Positions 10,308 to 19,432 of a stretch of DNA of 64,000 bases are shown in pieces. Within the stretch, counting starts at the first letter, position 1; each line of letters opens with the position of its first letter. The position numbers and the translations under genes are program-made. The stretch comes from Candidatus Yanofskybacteria bacterium (GTDB lineage Bacteria > Patescibacteriota > Minisyncoccia > 2-02-FULL-40-12 > IGHO2-12-FULL-4). The stretch lies in contig JACPNK010000005.1 in assembly GCA_016185525.1 (NCBI GenBank), positions 28,473 through 92,472 of the forward strand, given 5' to 3'. The notes beneath the pieces are model-generated. The model was not told where the DNA came from. It searched no databases and worked only from the letters and a program-made list of their open reading frames with translations.

Positions 10308-10323
10308 GTTTCAATAATACTCT

Positions 10324-12495
10324 TTGGCTCTGTTTTATTCAAATATCACAAGCCAAAGCGTTGAAAAAATCCTCCTTTTATGGCAAAATGGTCAGATGTT
10401 TAAATCTTTTTTACTTACCTTTTTTTTGTTGCTGGTAATCGGGCTCGTCTTGGCTGCCGCCTTGTTTTTGTATGTGGCAAAAGATCTGCCTGGCCCTGAA
10501 ACCATAATCTCAAGAAGAGTCAGTGAATCTACCAAAATTTATGACAGAACCGGCAATACTGTTTTATACGATATCCACGGCGAAGAAAAAAGAACTATTG
10601 TCCCTTGGGAAAAAATGCCTGAAAATATAAAGCTCGCCACGCTAGCTTCGGAAGATTCTTCTTTTTATTCCCATCAAGGATTGGACTTTAAGGGCATCAT
10701 CCGGGCTTTTATAAGAAATATTTCTGAATTTAGAATTTCTCAAGGCGGTTCAACGATCACCCAGCAACTGATAAAAAACGCTCTGCTTGGCGACCAGCGC
10801 CAAAACTTTTTTTCCGTTACATCAAGAAAAATAAAAGAAGCGCTGCTTTCAATAGAAATAGAACGCAAATTTTCAAAAGACCAGATTTTCTGGATGTATC
10901 TGAATCAGATACCTTACGGCTCTAACTCTTACGGCATTGAGGCAGCCAGCCAAACTTTTTTTGGGAAGCAAGCAGACAGTCTCTCTCTCGCTGAAGCCGC
11001 CTTGCTGGCCGCTTTGCCCAAGGCGCCTTCTTACTATTCTCCTTACGGCGAACGTCTGGACGAAGCTCTGAAAAGAAAAAATAGCATCTTAGAGAAAATG
11101 TTCCTTCTTGATTACATCGATGAGAACCAATACAACACCGCAATCAACGAAAAGCTTAGTTTTAAGCCTTCACGGGAAAACATCATAGCTCCGCATTTTG
11201 TGATTTTAGTAAAAGATTATTTGATAAAAAAATATGGAGAAGAAATGGCGGAAAACGGCGGATTAAAAATATTTACAACTCTTGATTACGATCTCCAAAA
11301 AATCGCTGAACAGGCAATAAACAGCCATGCAGAAAAAAATGAAAAGCAGTATAAAGCAAAGAATGCCGCTTTAACGGCAATAAACCCCCGTACAGGCCAA
11401 ATTCTTGCGATGGTCGGCTCAAGGGACTATTTTGATTTGGCCAATGAGGGCAACTTTAATGTTGCGACAGCAAGACGCCAGCCCGGATCATCTTTCAAAC
11501 CTTTTGCTTATGCTGTAGCGATGGAGAAAGGATATACCGACTCAACGATACTTTTTGATTTTAAAACAGAATTTAATCCCCAATGCCTCGCTGACAGCAG
11601 TCAGGAAAAAGACTCATTTGGATTAGACTGCTATCACCCTCAAAACTATGACGGGAGATTCCGGGGGCCGGTAACAATGCGCCAAGCTCTAGCTCAGTCT
11701 CTCAATGTGCCTTCCGTAAAAACCCTATACCTGGCCGGCGTAGACGACACAATCAACTTCGCCCAAAGAATGGGCATTTCTACACTTGAAGAAAACCGTA
11801 AAAATTTTGGCCTCTCTTTGGTTTTGGGGGGGGCTGAAGTAAAACTGATTGACATGGTTTCTGCTTATGGGGCATTCGCTAACGATGGAATACGTCAATC
11901 CCCCGCTTCAATATTGAAAATAGAAGATTCCGAAGGAAATGTTTTAGAAGAATACAAACCAAAAGAGGAAAGAGCAGTTGAACCCCAAATAGCGCGAACC
12001 ATTACCAGCATACTTTCCGACAATTCATCGCGTACGGCTGTTTTTGGCGCCAATAGCAGTCTCTATTTTCCCGACAGGCCCGTTGCCGCAAAAACCGGGA
12101 CCACTCAAGAAAACAGGGATGCCTGGGTTCTTGGATATACACCCTCGCTAAGCGTAGGCGTTTGGGTCGGCAACAATGATAATACCTCAATGACCAGGCA
12201 AGGCGCCGGCATCTCTGCTTCCGGACCTATTTGGCATGAGTTCCTGGCCGCAGCTCTAAAAGAAAGTACGCCTGAAGAATTTATACAGCCGGATCCGGTA
12301 GAAGTAGATAAAATAATGCTTAATGGCTCTTACTTGCCGGCAAACCCGGAAGACTCAAAAGAAATACACAGCATTTTATACTATCTAAAAAAGGATGACC
12401 CAAGAGGCGATTCTCCTTCAGACCCTTTCCAAGATTCTCAATTTAAAAACTGGGAAGAGATTGTTAGAATAAACTTCAATTTGACCGGAAACTAA
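10324..12495 (+). CDS. class A penicillin-binding protein (glycosyltransferase GT51 plus transpeptidase), PBP1A-like
   Basis: GT51 motifs (EDSSFYSHQGLDFKGIIRA, GGSTITQQLIKN); transpeptidase SSFKPF (SxxK), SLN and KTGTT. The biological start is probably the Met at about 10396 (MFKSFLLTFF, the TM anchor). Confidence 0.9.
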   Translation: MALFYSNITSQSVEKILLLWQNGQMFKSFLLTFFLLLVIGLVLAAALFLYVAKDLPGPETIISRRVSESTKIYDRTGNTVLYDIHGEEKRTIVPWEKMPENIKLATLASEDSSFYSHQGLDFKGIIRAFIRNISEFRISQGGSTITQQLIKNALLGDQRQNFFSVTSRKIKEALLSIEIERKFSKDQIFWMYLNQIPYGSNSYGIEAASQTFFGKQADSLSLAEAALLAALPKAPSYYSPYGERLDEALKRKNSILEKMFLLDYIDENQYNTAINEKLSFKPSRENIIAPHFVILVKDYLIKKYGEEMAENGGLKIFTTLDYDLQKIAEQAINSHAEKNEKQYKAKNAALTAINPRTGQILAMVGSRDYFDLANEGNFNVATARRQPGSSFKPFAYAVAMEKGYTDSTILFDFKTEFNPQCLADSSQEKDSFGLDCYHPQNYDGRFRGPVTMRQALAQSLNVPSVKTLYLAGVDDTINFAQRMGISTLEENRKNFGLSLVLGGAEVKLIDMVSAYGAFANDGIRQSPASILKIEDSEGNVLEEYKPKEERAVEPQIARTITSILSDNSSRTAVFGANSSLYFPDRPVAAKTGTTQENRDAWVLGYTPSLSVGVWVGNNDNTSMTRQGAGISASGPIWHEFLAAALKESTPEEFIQPDPVEVDKIMLNGSYLPANPEDSKEIHSILYYLKKDDPRGDSPSDPFQDSQFKNWEEIVRINFNLTGN

Positions 12496-12506
12496 TTTAG
12501 AGTTTA

Positions 12507-12791
12507 TTACTTTACAATTATTTTTTTTACAGCAAATTTGGCTTTTTCATTCATCTGCCTGATAATCTCCGTCTGTCTTAAATGTATTTCTTGAGCAAGA
12601 GATTTGTTTTTTGTTTCTAAAAAGATTGAATCTTTTTTCAAATAAAAACTTTTAATATACTTAAAAGCTTTTTCTTTCTCAAATATTTTTGTTAGCGCTT
12701 CTTTGAATAGTTGTCTAAAAATTTTGTCCTGTTTTTCTTTTTCTTCCAAACCTTTTTTTAAGCCATCTAACCTCTTTTTTAAAAGTTCCAT
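12507..12791 (-). CDS. DUF721-family protein (DciA-like), immediately downstream of dnaN
   Basis: 94 aa; C-terminal pattern DSIFLETKNKSLAQEIHLRQTEIIRQMN resembles the DUF721 core (L.v.v.s.W.qEl...k..il..ln). The position after dnaA-dnaN is typical. Confidence 0.5.
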   Translation of the reverse strand: MELLKKRLDGLKKGLEEKEKQDKIFRQLFKEALTKIFEKEKAFKYIKSFYLKKDSIFLETKNKSLAQEIHLRQTEIIRQMNEKAKFAVKKIIVK

Positions 12792-12799
12792 TATAAGTT

Positions 12800-13891
12800 C
12801 TAATTCCTTAAAGGCATGATTAAATAAGTAACATCTTTTCTTTCTTCGGGTCTTATTATTAAAGGGTTGCCTTCTCCCGTAAATTCTAAAACAACATTAT
12901 CTGTAGGAATAACTTTTAGACCGTCCATTAAGTACCTATAATTTACCATCACCTCAAAAGGTTCATCCTTAACAATAGCGCTATTAATCCAGGAAGAAGC
13001 TTCTCCTTTGTCCGTATTTTTGGCGGCAATCCTCAAGCCTTCGCTTTCACCCTTTATTTTAATGTCGGAAATATGAGACGAAAAAATTCCAGCTAAACGT
13101 ACGCTTTTTTCTATTTCTTCTTTCTTTACAAGTACTCTTGATATCCGCCTCTCTGGTATAACTTTTTTATAGTCCGGATAAGAACCGTCTATAAGCCTTG
13201 AAACAATTTCTAAATCTTCGGAGACAAAGAAAATCTGATTGTCTGAAATTGAAATAGTAATATTTTCCAGTCCCGGAAGTATTCTGATCAACTCTTGCGC
13301 TGTTACTCTTGGAAGAATGATGCTTTGTTCTGCTTTGTTATTTTTTATATTTAAGACTTTTTCAGCCAACCTGAAACTGTCAGTCGCCGCCCCCTCAATT
13401 TTGTCAGCAGAAAAATTAATTAAAATACCTGACAACTCTGGCCTGCTTTCTGATAAAGAAACCGAGTCAATGACAGTCAGTAGTATTTCCAAAAATTCTT
13501 GTGACGGAACTTTAATAAAACCGTTTTCTTTTACTCTTGGTATGATTGGAAAATCTTTGGTCGGAAAACCGATAATTTTAGTTTTGTAGTTATCAGAGTT
13601 TATTGAAATAATATGTTCTTTGGAATTTATGGTAATTTTTTCGTCATGTATATTATCAATAAAATCAGAAAATATTTTTGCCGGCACTGCTATTTCACCA
13701 TCCTCTTCAATTTTTGCTCCAATCCAAGAATTAATCCCAATTTCAAGGTTAGTTGATGATATTTTCAATCTGCCGTTTTCTGTTTTAAGAACAATGTTTT
13801 GGAGTACCGGTAAAGCAAGATTTCTGGAAACGATCCTTTCTACCAAAGTCAGGCTTCTTTTAAGATTTTTTTGATTAACCGCGATAATCAT
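12800..13891 (-). CDS. dnaN: DNA polymerase III beta sliding clamp
   Basis: 363 aa with a three-domain clamp. The stop codon is TAG, which shows TAG functions as a stop in this genome. Confidence 0.9.
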   Translation of the reverse strand: MIIAVNQKNLKRSLTLVERIVSRNLALPVLQNIVLKTENGRLKISSTNLEIGINSWIGAKIEEDGEIAVPAKIFSDFIDNIHDEKITINSKEHIISINSDNYKTKIIGFPTKDFPIIPRVKENGFIKVPSQEFLEILLTVIDSVSLSESRPELSGILINFSADKIEGAATDSFRLAEKVLNIKNNKAEQSIILPRVTAQELIRILPGLENITISISDNQIFFVSEDLEIVSRLIDGSYPDYKKVIPERRISRVLVKKEEIEKSVRLAGIFSSHISDIKIKGESEGLRIAAKNTDKGEASSWINSAIVKDEPFEVMVNYRYLMDGLKVIPTDNVVLEFTGEGNPLIIRPEERKDVTYLIMPLRN

Positions 13892-14139
13892 AATAATGAT
13901 ATAAAGATTTATTATTACTATTATTAAGAGGGTTGTAACTGGGGATAACAGTTAAAAAACATTGATAAATAAAGTTTTTAAAAGGTTTTGCTTATAGGAA
14001 ATAATGTTGATAATTATTTAATAACCTTGGTAAAAAAATAGAGTAACTTCCAAAAAAGACTGGCAGATTAAAAGTTATTCTTAAATTATCGCCTATTAAT
14101 CCCAAAAATATTAACAGCTATATCAACAAGCATTTTAAC
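13892..14139. promoter_or_regulatory. candidate oriC: AT-rich dnaA-dnaN intergenic spacer with DnaA-box-like 9-mers
   Basis: TGGGGATAA at about 13941, TGTTGATAA at about 14015, TTGATAAAT, and TATCAACAA at about 14121 (reverse complement TTGTTGATA). The spacer is very AT-rich and sits between dnaA and dnaN as in many bacteria. Confidence 0.35.
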
Positions 14140-15504
14140 TTACTTATCAAAAGATTGGTATATTCTTTCTTTAATTAAAACAATTTCCTGTTTTGTAATT
14201 TCATCCGTTTCTTCTTCAGTTTTCACTTTTTCATAAGCGTGAATTACCGTGGAATGGTCTCTGCCTCCCAATTTCTGGCCGATCTCCGGAAAAGATGATT
14301 TAGTCTCTTCTCTTAGTAAGTACATAGCAATCTGTCTGGGTCTTACCACCTCTTTCTTGCGGCTTCTTTTTATCAAATCGTTTGGCGAAATGTTATAGAA
14401 ATCAGAGACAGATTTTAAAATTAATTGAGGGGTGGTTTTTTTGTATGGCGTACTCAAGTAAGTCGCAAGCAGTTTTTTGACTTCTTTAACATCCAGATTT
14501 TTGTTATAAATCTGGCTTACGGCGATGATTCTGTTTAAAGCGCCTTCCAGTTCTCTTATATTTTTTTGTATGTTTGTTGCTATGTAACCCAAAACGTTTT
14601 CATCTAAAGCGATGTCTTTTTGTTTTGTTTTCAGTTTCAAAATAGCCAGTCTCGTTTCAAAATCCGGTGTGTTTATGTCGGCAATCATTCCTCCTTCAAA
14701 ACGAGATCTGAGCCTTTCTTCCAATGCAGGTATGGCTTTAGGCGGACGGTCTGATGACAAAATAATCTGTTTGTTTTTCCCATACAGCTCGTTGAAGGTT
14801 GCAAAAAAGATATCTTGGGTTTTTTCTTTTCCGGCTATAAACTGAATATCATCAACAATAAGCATGTCCAGTTTTGCATATTTGCTTTTAAGTTCTTCAA
14901 CATTTTTGTTTCTTACAGACTCAACAATTTCAGCCGTAATTCTTTCGGAAGGGATATAAAGGACTTTTTTGGTCGGATCGTCTTCTAAAATCTTATTGCC
15001 GGTAGCTTGCAGCAAATGAGTTTTTCCCAGACCGACTCCGCCATAAATGAATAAAGGATTATAGGCTTTGCCAAGATTTTTGGCGACAGCCGAACTTGCG
15101 GCATGAGCCAGCTCGTTGTGAGAGCCGACTATAAAAGAATCAAAAGAATATTTTTTGTTTAAGTTTGTTTGAGGATTAATGTCAGCAGGCTGTTTGTTTT
15201 CAAATACCCTCTCTGTGATGAATTGGGAAAAGTCCTTTTTGACGTTTGATTGAGGCAAACTGTTGCCGATAGTGTAACTAATCTCTCTAATTTCCGGAGA
15301 AAAAGTTTGTATAGAAGTCAGTATTTGTTTATGGAATTTGTTTTCTAACCATTCTTTGATAAATCCATTAGGAACTCCGACTATAACCGAAGTCCCTTCA
15401 TTGGCTAATATGGAAGTGTTTTTAAACCAGGTAGTAAAGTTGGCCTTGGAAAGAGAAAGCTCCATCTCTCCCAAAACAGCTTTCCACAATTCTTCTTTGG
15501 TCAT
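14140..15504 (-). CDS. dnaA: chromosomal replication initiator DnaA
   Basis: 454 aa; AAA+ Walker A GGVGLGKTHLLQA and a C-terminal DnaA-box binding domain (HSTVIHAYEKV). Confidence 0.95.
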   Translation of the reverse strand: MTKEELWKAVLGEMELSLSKANFTTWFKNTSILANEGTSVIVGVPNGFIKEWLENKFHKQILTSIQTFSPEIREISYTIGNSLPQSNVKKDFSQFITERVFENKQPADINPQTNLNKKYSFDSFIVGSHNELAHAASSAVAKNLGKAYNPLFIYGGVGLGKTHLLQATGNKILEDDPTKKVLYIPSERITAEIVESVRNKNVEELKSKYAKLDMLIVDDIQFIAGKEKTQDIFFATFNELYGKNKQIILSSDRPPKAIPALEERLRSRFEGGMIADINTPDFETRLAILKLKTKQKDIALDENVLGYIATNIQKNIRELEGALNRIIAVSQIYNKNLDVKEVKKLLATYLSTPYKKTTPQLILKSVSDFYNISPNDLIKRSRKKEVVRPRQIAMYLLREETKSSFPEIGQKLGGRDHSTVIHAYEKVKTEEETDEITKQEIVLIKERIYQSFDK

Positions 15505-15643
15505 TTTAAGGGGTTTTAATTAACCTAATTCTAAGCTAAACAGCCAAAATTAAGAACAGAGCGTTTTAGTTTATAAATTGTTTATAAAAAGTGGATGACC
15601 GTGCGGCATTGACGGAAGAAAATAATTTACCTATAGTTGATTA

Positions 15644-15781
15644 ATGAAATCAACCTTATATCGTCCTAAAACTAAAAAAAGGAAAAATAAACACGGATTT
15701 TTAAAAAGATCGCAGAAAAAAGCTGGGCGAAAAGTGCTGTTAAGGCGCCGACGCAAAGGCAGGCACAAGCTTACTGTTTAA
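15644..15781 (+). CDS. rpmH: 50S ribosomal protein L34
   Basis: A 45 aa ORF below the ORF-track length cutoff translates to MKSTLYRPKTKKRKNKHGFLKRSQKKAGRKVLLRRRRKGRHKLTV, the canonical L34. It is divergent from dnaA and directly upstream of rnpA. Confidence 0.85.
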   Translation: MKSTLYRPKTKKRKNKHGFLKRSQKKAGRKVLLRRRRKGRHKLTV

Positions 15782-15793
15782 GCTGAAAATGAC

Positions 15794-16135
15794 ATGGCTT
15801 TACCTAAAAAGCATAGAATCAAGAGCAGAAAAGATTTAGATCGGGTTTTTAAAGCAGGCAGAAGTTTTAGAAGCCGCCTATTGCTGGTAAAAGTATCTAA
15901 GAACAGTTTTCCGTTTTGCCGGGGAGCCGTAATTGTTCCGTCAAAATTTATCCAAAACGCAGTTTTACGAAACAAGATTAAAAGAATCATTTTTAGCGTT
16001 TTGGCATCAGCTTTTACTTTTTGTAAAGTACATGTTGATGTTGTTGTTGTCGTCCAAGCAAGCTTCAAAGAAAATAAATTTTTGGAAGCCAAGGAAAGTC
16101 TATTAGAAATTTTTAGAAAAGCCAATATTGTCTAG
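15794..16135 (+). CDS. rnpA: ribonuclease P protein component
   Basis: 113 aa basic protein (KKHRIKSRKDLDRVFKAGRSF...) in the rpmH-rnpA context. Confidence 0.85.
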   Translation: MALPKKHRIKSRKDLDRVFKAGRSFRSRLLLVKVSKNSFPFCRGAVIVPSKFIQNAVLRNKIKRIIFSVLASAFTFCKVHVDVVVVVQASFKENKFLEAKESLLEIFRKANIV

Positions 16136-16144
16136 CCTTGTTAA

Positions 16145-16402
16145 TTGATGTCTAATAAAATTTTAAACAACAAACTGCTTGTGAAAATATTGCAAGAGAC
16201 GGCGAGAGTTTATAAAAAAAATTTTTCTTATTTGTTGGCAGTGTCTCCTCATCTTTTTTTTCCGACAAGCTGCAGATTCTATCCTACCTGTTCCGAGTAT
16301 TTTGCCGAAGCTATTGGAGAACAGGGTTTGATCAAAGGCTCAATTTTAAGTTTAAAAAGAATAAGCAAGTGCAATCCTTTAGGCGGCCAAGACTTGAATT
16401 AA
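16145..16402 (+). CDS. yidD: membrane protein insertion efficiency factor YidD
   Basis: 85 aa with conserved YPTCSEY and CNPLGG motifs. Confidence 0.85.
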   Translation: MMSNKILNNKLLVKILQETARVYKKNFSYLLAVSPHLFFPTSCRFYPTCSEYFAEAIGEQGLIKGSILSLKRISKCNPLGGQDLN

Positions 16403-16403
16403 T

Positions 16404-17138
16404 ATGTCAGCCATTTTTAACGAGGCTTTATATCGGCCAATATTTAATTTTTTGGTTTTTATCTACAATCTGATTCCAGGATCCGATTTCGGTTTGGCAA
16501 TTATAGTTCTGACGTTATTGGTAAGGTTGATTTTTATGCCGCTGTCTGTCAAAGCGCTGCGTTCACAAAAGCTGATGGCCAGGCTTCAGCCGAAAATTAA
16601 AGAGTTGCAGATGAAACACAAAGATGACAAGGCCGCCCAAGCCCAAGCAGTCATGGCTCTTTACAAGGAAAATAAAGTTAATCCGGCTTCCGGTTGTTTG
16701 CCTCTCATAGTCCAGCTTCCCGTGTTGTTTGCTTTATATAAGGCTTTTGCCAACGGCTTTAAACCGGAGAGTTTGGGCCTGCTCTACGGTTTTATAAGTA
16801 ACCCTGATGCTATAAACAGCATCTCTTTTGGTTTTTTTGATTTGTCAAAAAACAGCCCTATTCTTGCCGTTATCTCCGGCGCTTTTCAGTTTTTGCATTC
16901 CAAACTTAGTTTCGCGAAGCAGGAATCTGATAAAAACTTAGACGCAGGAAGCTCTCTGAAAAGTAGTTTTGATATGGGAGCGATGAATAAACAAATGTTG
17001 TATTTTTTTCCGATAATGATTATAATTATTGGCTGGAAGTTGCCAGCCGGACTTGTTTTATATTGGGCGGTTACTACTTTGTTTTCAACGTTTGAGCAGT
17101 TATATATAAACAAAAAATTTCCCAATCTGCCCAGCTAA
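16404..17138 (+). CDS. yidC: membrane protein insertase YidC/Oxa1 (short form)
   Basis: 244 aa, five TM helices, 60 kDa inner-membrane-protein family motifs (PLSVKALRSQ...MQ...YKE). Sits in the rnpA-yidD-yidC-jag context. Confidence 0.85.
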   Translation: MSAIFNEALYRPIFNFLVFIYNLIPGSDFGLAIIVLTLLVRLIFMPLSVKALRSQKLMARLQPKIKELQMKHKDDKAAQAQAVMALYKENKVNPASGCLPLIVQLPVLFALYKAFANGFKPESLGLLYGFISNPDAINSISFGFFDLSKNSPILAVISGAFQFLHSKLSFAKQESDKNLDAGSSLKSSFDMGAMNKQMLYFFPIMIIIIGWKLPAGLVLYWAVTTLFSTFEQLYINKKFPNLPS

Positions 17139-17147
17139 GTTACTAAA

Positions 17148-17666
17148 ATGAACGAAAACTTAAACGAAAAAATAGATGAAAAGCCTGTAATTTTAGAAAA
17201 CGTTACCAAAGACGTTCTGGATAAACTTGGTTATCAGGCGGAAGTAAATATTTTTTCAAATGAAAAAGATCAAAACTTAAAAGTTGTGGCGATAAATTCA
17301 AGTGAGGACTTAAGCGCTTTGATAGGAAAAAACGGGCAGAACATAAAAGCGGTTGAGCATGTGATTAAGCTATTGTATTTTAAAAGGTCAAATTTTTTAA
17401 ACGATAATTCTGCATCCCTTAAGCCGTTTGCTTTTATGGTTGATATTAACGACTACAGAAAGCTAAGGGTTCAACAAGTGATAGAAAAGGCTTTAGGCGT
17501 GGCAAACAGAGTCAAGGTTACAAAGAAAGCTGAAGCTTTGGATCCCATGTCCTCCTATGAAAGACGCTTAATTCACGTTGAGCTGGCCTCTCACCCGGAC
17601 CTGGAGACAGAGAGTATCGGTGAGGAGCCGGAAAGAAGAGTAGTCATCCGTCCTCTGATAATATAA
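17148..17666 (+). CDS. Jag/KhpB RNA-binding protein (KH plus R3H domains)
   Basis: 172 aa; the C-terminal R3H motif SYERRLIHVELASHPDLETESIGEEPERRVVIRP is typical. Confidence 0.8.
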   Translation: MNENLNEKIDEKPVILENVTKDVLDKLGYQAEVNIFSNEKDQNLKVVAINSSEDLSALIGKNGQNIKAVEHVIKLLYFKRSNFLNDNSASLKPFAFMVDINDYRKLRVQQVIEKALGVANRVKVTKKAEALDPMSSYERRLIHVELASHPDLETESIGEEPERRVVIRPLII

Positions 17667-17678
17667 AGTAATAAAAAC

Positions 17679-17709
17679 TTGGACTAGACAATCCAAGTTT
17701 TTATTAAAG
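17679..17709. terminator. bidirectional terminator hairpin between jag and the convergent propeller gene
   Basis: aaaaacttggactagacaatccaagttttt has an 11 bp stem including A:T pairs and is flanked by T runs. Confidence 0.5.
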
Positions 17710-18795
17710 GCTGATAGCGTAAAGATACTGGTCGTAGCCGTTTGTGAAAAAGATGAAATTTTCTGTTGGGGATAAAAAGGGTTTTTCAATACTAATAGAG
17801 TCGGCAGAATTGGACTGGAATACTAAACCAAATTCTTTTTTGTTCAGGTCAAATTCGTAAAGGCCTTCCTCTTCGCTATCAGCTTTGGTTCCTCCGCAAT
17901 AAAACTTTTGTGAATTTAAACGCCAAACACATTTTCCGGCATTTGTCCGCAGGTCAGTTTCCATACTCTCGTAATTCCCGTCTTTAATCCGAATTATATT
18001 TGTAACCGGGCCGATCCCCTCTTTATTGTAAGAATAAATCAAACTTAAACCGTCAGGAGACCAAAGAGTTTTCAAATTATCGTATGATTCTAGAATTTTT
18101 TCCAGTTCCCCAGTTTCTTTGTTTAACAAAAGTAAGCTTTTATCTGCTCCGCTTGGACTGTGGAAAGCGATGATGTCTTTACTTGGCCAGGTAATTTTTA
18201 GTTGGCCATTTCTGGTGGGCAGGATGTTTTTAAAAGACGAGCCGTCAGGGTTGGCAATACTGATATTTCCTTCTTCAGTCGTGGGTTCAAAAAATAGGTA
18301 GGCTATTTTTTGGCCGTCAGGCGACCAAGTTATGCCGGACATTTTAGCATTTAAGCTTACCAAGTCCTTATTTTTTAAGTCAAACAAACTTAAGGTTTGT
18401 CCGCGGGGAGTTTTTTTTGCCACAATCGCTTGACGGCCGTTTTTTGACCAGACGGCTTCGGTTATATTTTCTTTTATCTCGCCGGTAATAATTTGAGTGT
18501 TTTGGCCAGTAAAGTCGCTGGAGAAAATTTTGCCGGTGTCTTTCTCAAAATAAATAAGATTTCTGCCGTCTTCAGAAACAGTCGGCCCTATAACCTTGAC
18601 ACTGCTTAAGCGATTCAATTTTGCCACAACGCTTTTTTCCGGTCCGGTCTTGCCGGAGAAACTGGAGAAGCGGCTTAACCCCGCTATGTTGGCAGTTTGT
18701 CCGGTATTCTTGTTTGCCAAAAGATAGCCTCCTAAAAAAGTAATCAAGCCGAAGAGAATTGCTATTAGTATTATTAAAATCTTTTTTTGGTTCAT
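17704..18795 (-). CDS. TolB-like beta-propeller protein with N-terminal membrane anchor
   Basis: 363 aa; N-terminal TM, repeated PD40-like motifs (WSPDGQKIAY, WSKNGRQAI, WSPDGLSLIY). Confidence 0.6.
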   Translation of the reverse strand: MNQKKILIILIAILFGLITFLGGYLLANKNTGQTANIAGLSRFSSFSGKTGPEKSVVAKLNRLSSVKVIGPTVSEDGRNLIYFEKDTGKIFSSDFTGQNTQIITGEIKENITEAVWSKNGRQAIVAKKTPRGQTLSLFDLKNKDLVSLNAKMSGITWSPDGQKIAYLFFEPTTEEGNISIANPDGSSFKNILPTRNGQLKITWPSKDIIAFHSPSGADKSLLLLNKETGELEKILESYDNLKTLWSPDGLSLIYSYNKEGIGPVTNIIRIKDGNYESMETDLRTNAGKCVWRLNSQKFYCGGTKADSEEEGLYEFDLNKKEFGLVFQSNSADSISIEKPFLSPTENFIFFTNGYDQYLYAISL

Positions 18796-18838
18796 TTCTG
18801 TTAAGTCTAGCTTATCATGCTATTTATACTGCTTCAAA

Positions 18839-19429
18839 TTAACGTTTTATTAACTTTAAGGCAGATTTGGCAACAGCCAGCTTTTGGATCAAGGGAGCTT
18901 CTTTATTTTTTTCAATACTGGCCGCAACACTGAAAGCTTTAGAGGCAACCTTAAGTTCGGCTGATACAGGCGAAGGGATGTAAGAGGCAATCTTTAATCC
19001 TTTTTCTATGCGTGACATTAATTTAGGACGCGAAGCAATAAAACTCCAAGTAAGCAAGATAGTTCGCAAGGGAAGGATATTAAGAATTGGAACTGACTCT
19101 ATAAATAAAGCGCTAACCAGTTTTTTCCATTGTTTCCGACCGGCACGAGTAAATCCTAAAGTCACGAACAGTATGAAGTCAATAAATAGTCCTGTAAGCC
19201 AACCAATTGTGCCTACTGTGAATATTTCAATTAGGTCGGCAATAATACTTAATAATAAAGCAAAAATAAAAACCAACCAACCCATTTGGTCTTTTTTTTG
19301 CTGTTGCTTTTTGGCTTCTTCTTCGCTTGCTCGTCGCTCTTGAGCCAGCAATTCAGGGTTTCTAACGGCATCTAACTCTTGTGCTCTATACTCGTCTTGT
19401 TCGTCGTATGAATTAGTTTCTTGGTTCAT
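18839..19429 (-). CDS. membrane protein, acidic N-terminus, 3 to 4 TM helices (hypothetical)
   Basis: 196 aa; it shares the operon strand with the VirB4-like gene. Confidence 0.4.
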   Translation of the reverse strand: MNQETNSYDEQDEYRAQELDAVRNPELLAQERRASEEEAKKQQQKKDQMGWLVFIFALLLSIIADLIEIFTVGTIGWLTGLFIDFILFVTLGFTRAGRKQWKKLVSALFIESVPILNILPLRTILLTWSFIASRPKLMSRIEKGLKIASYIPSPVSAELKVASKAFSVAASIEKNKEAPLIQKLAVAKSALKLIKR

Positions 19430-19432
19430 GGT

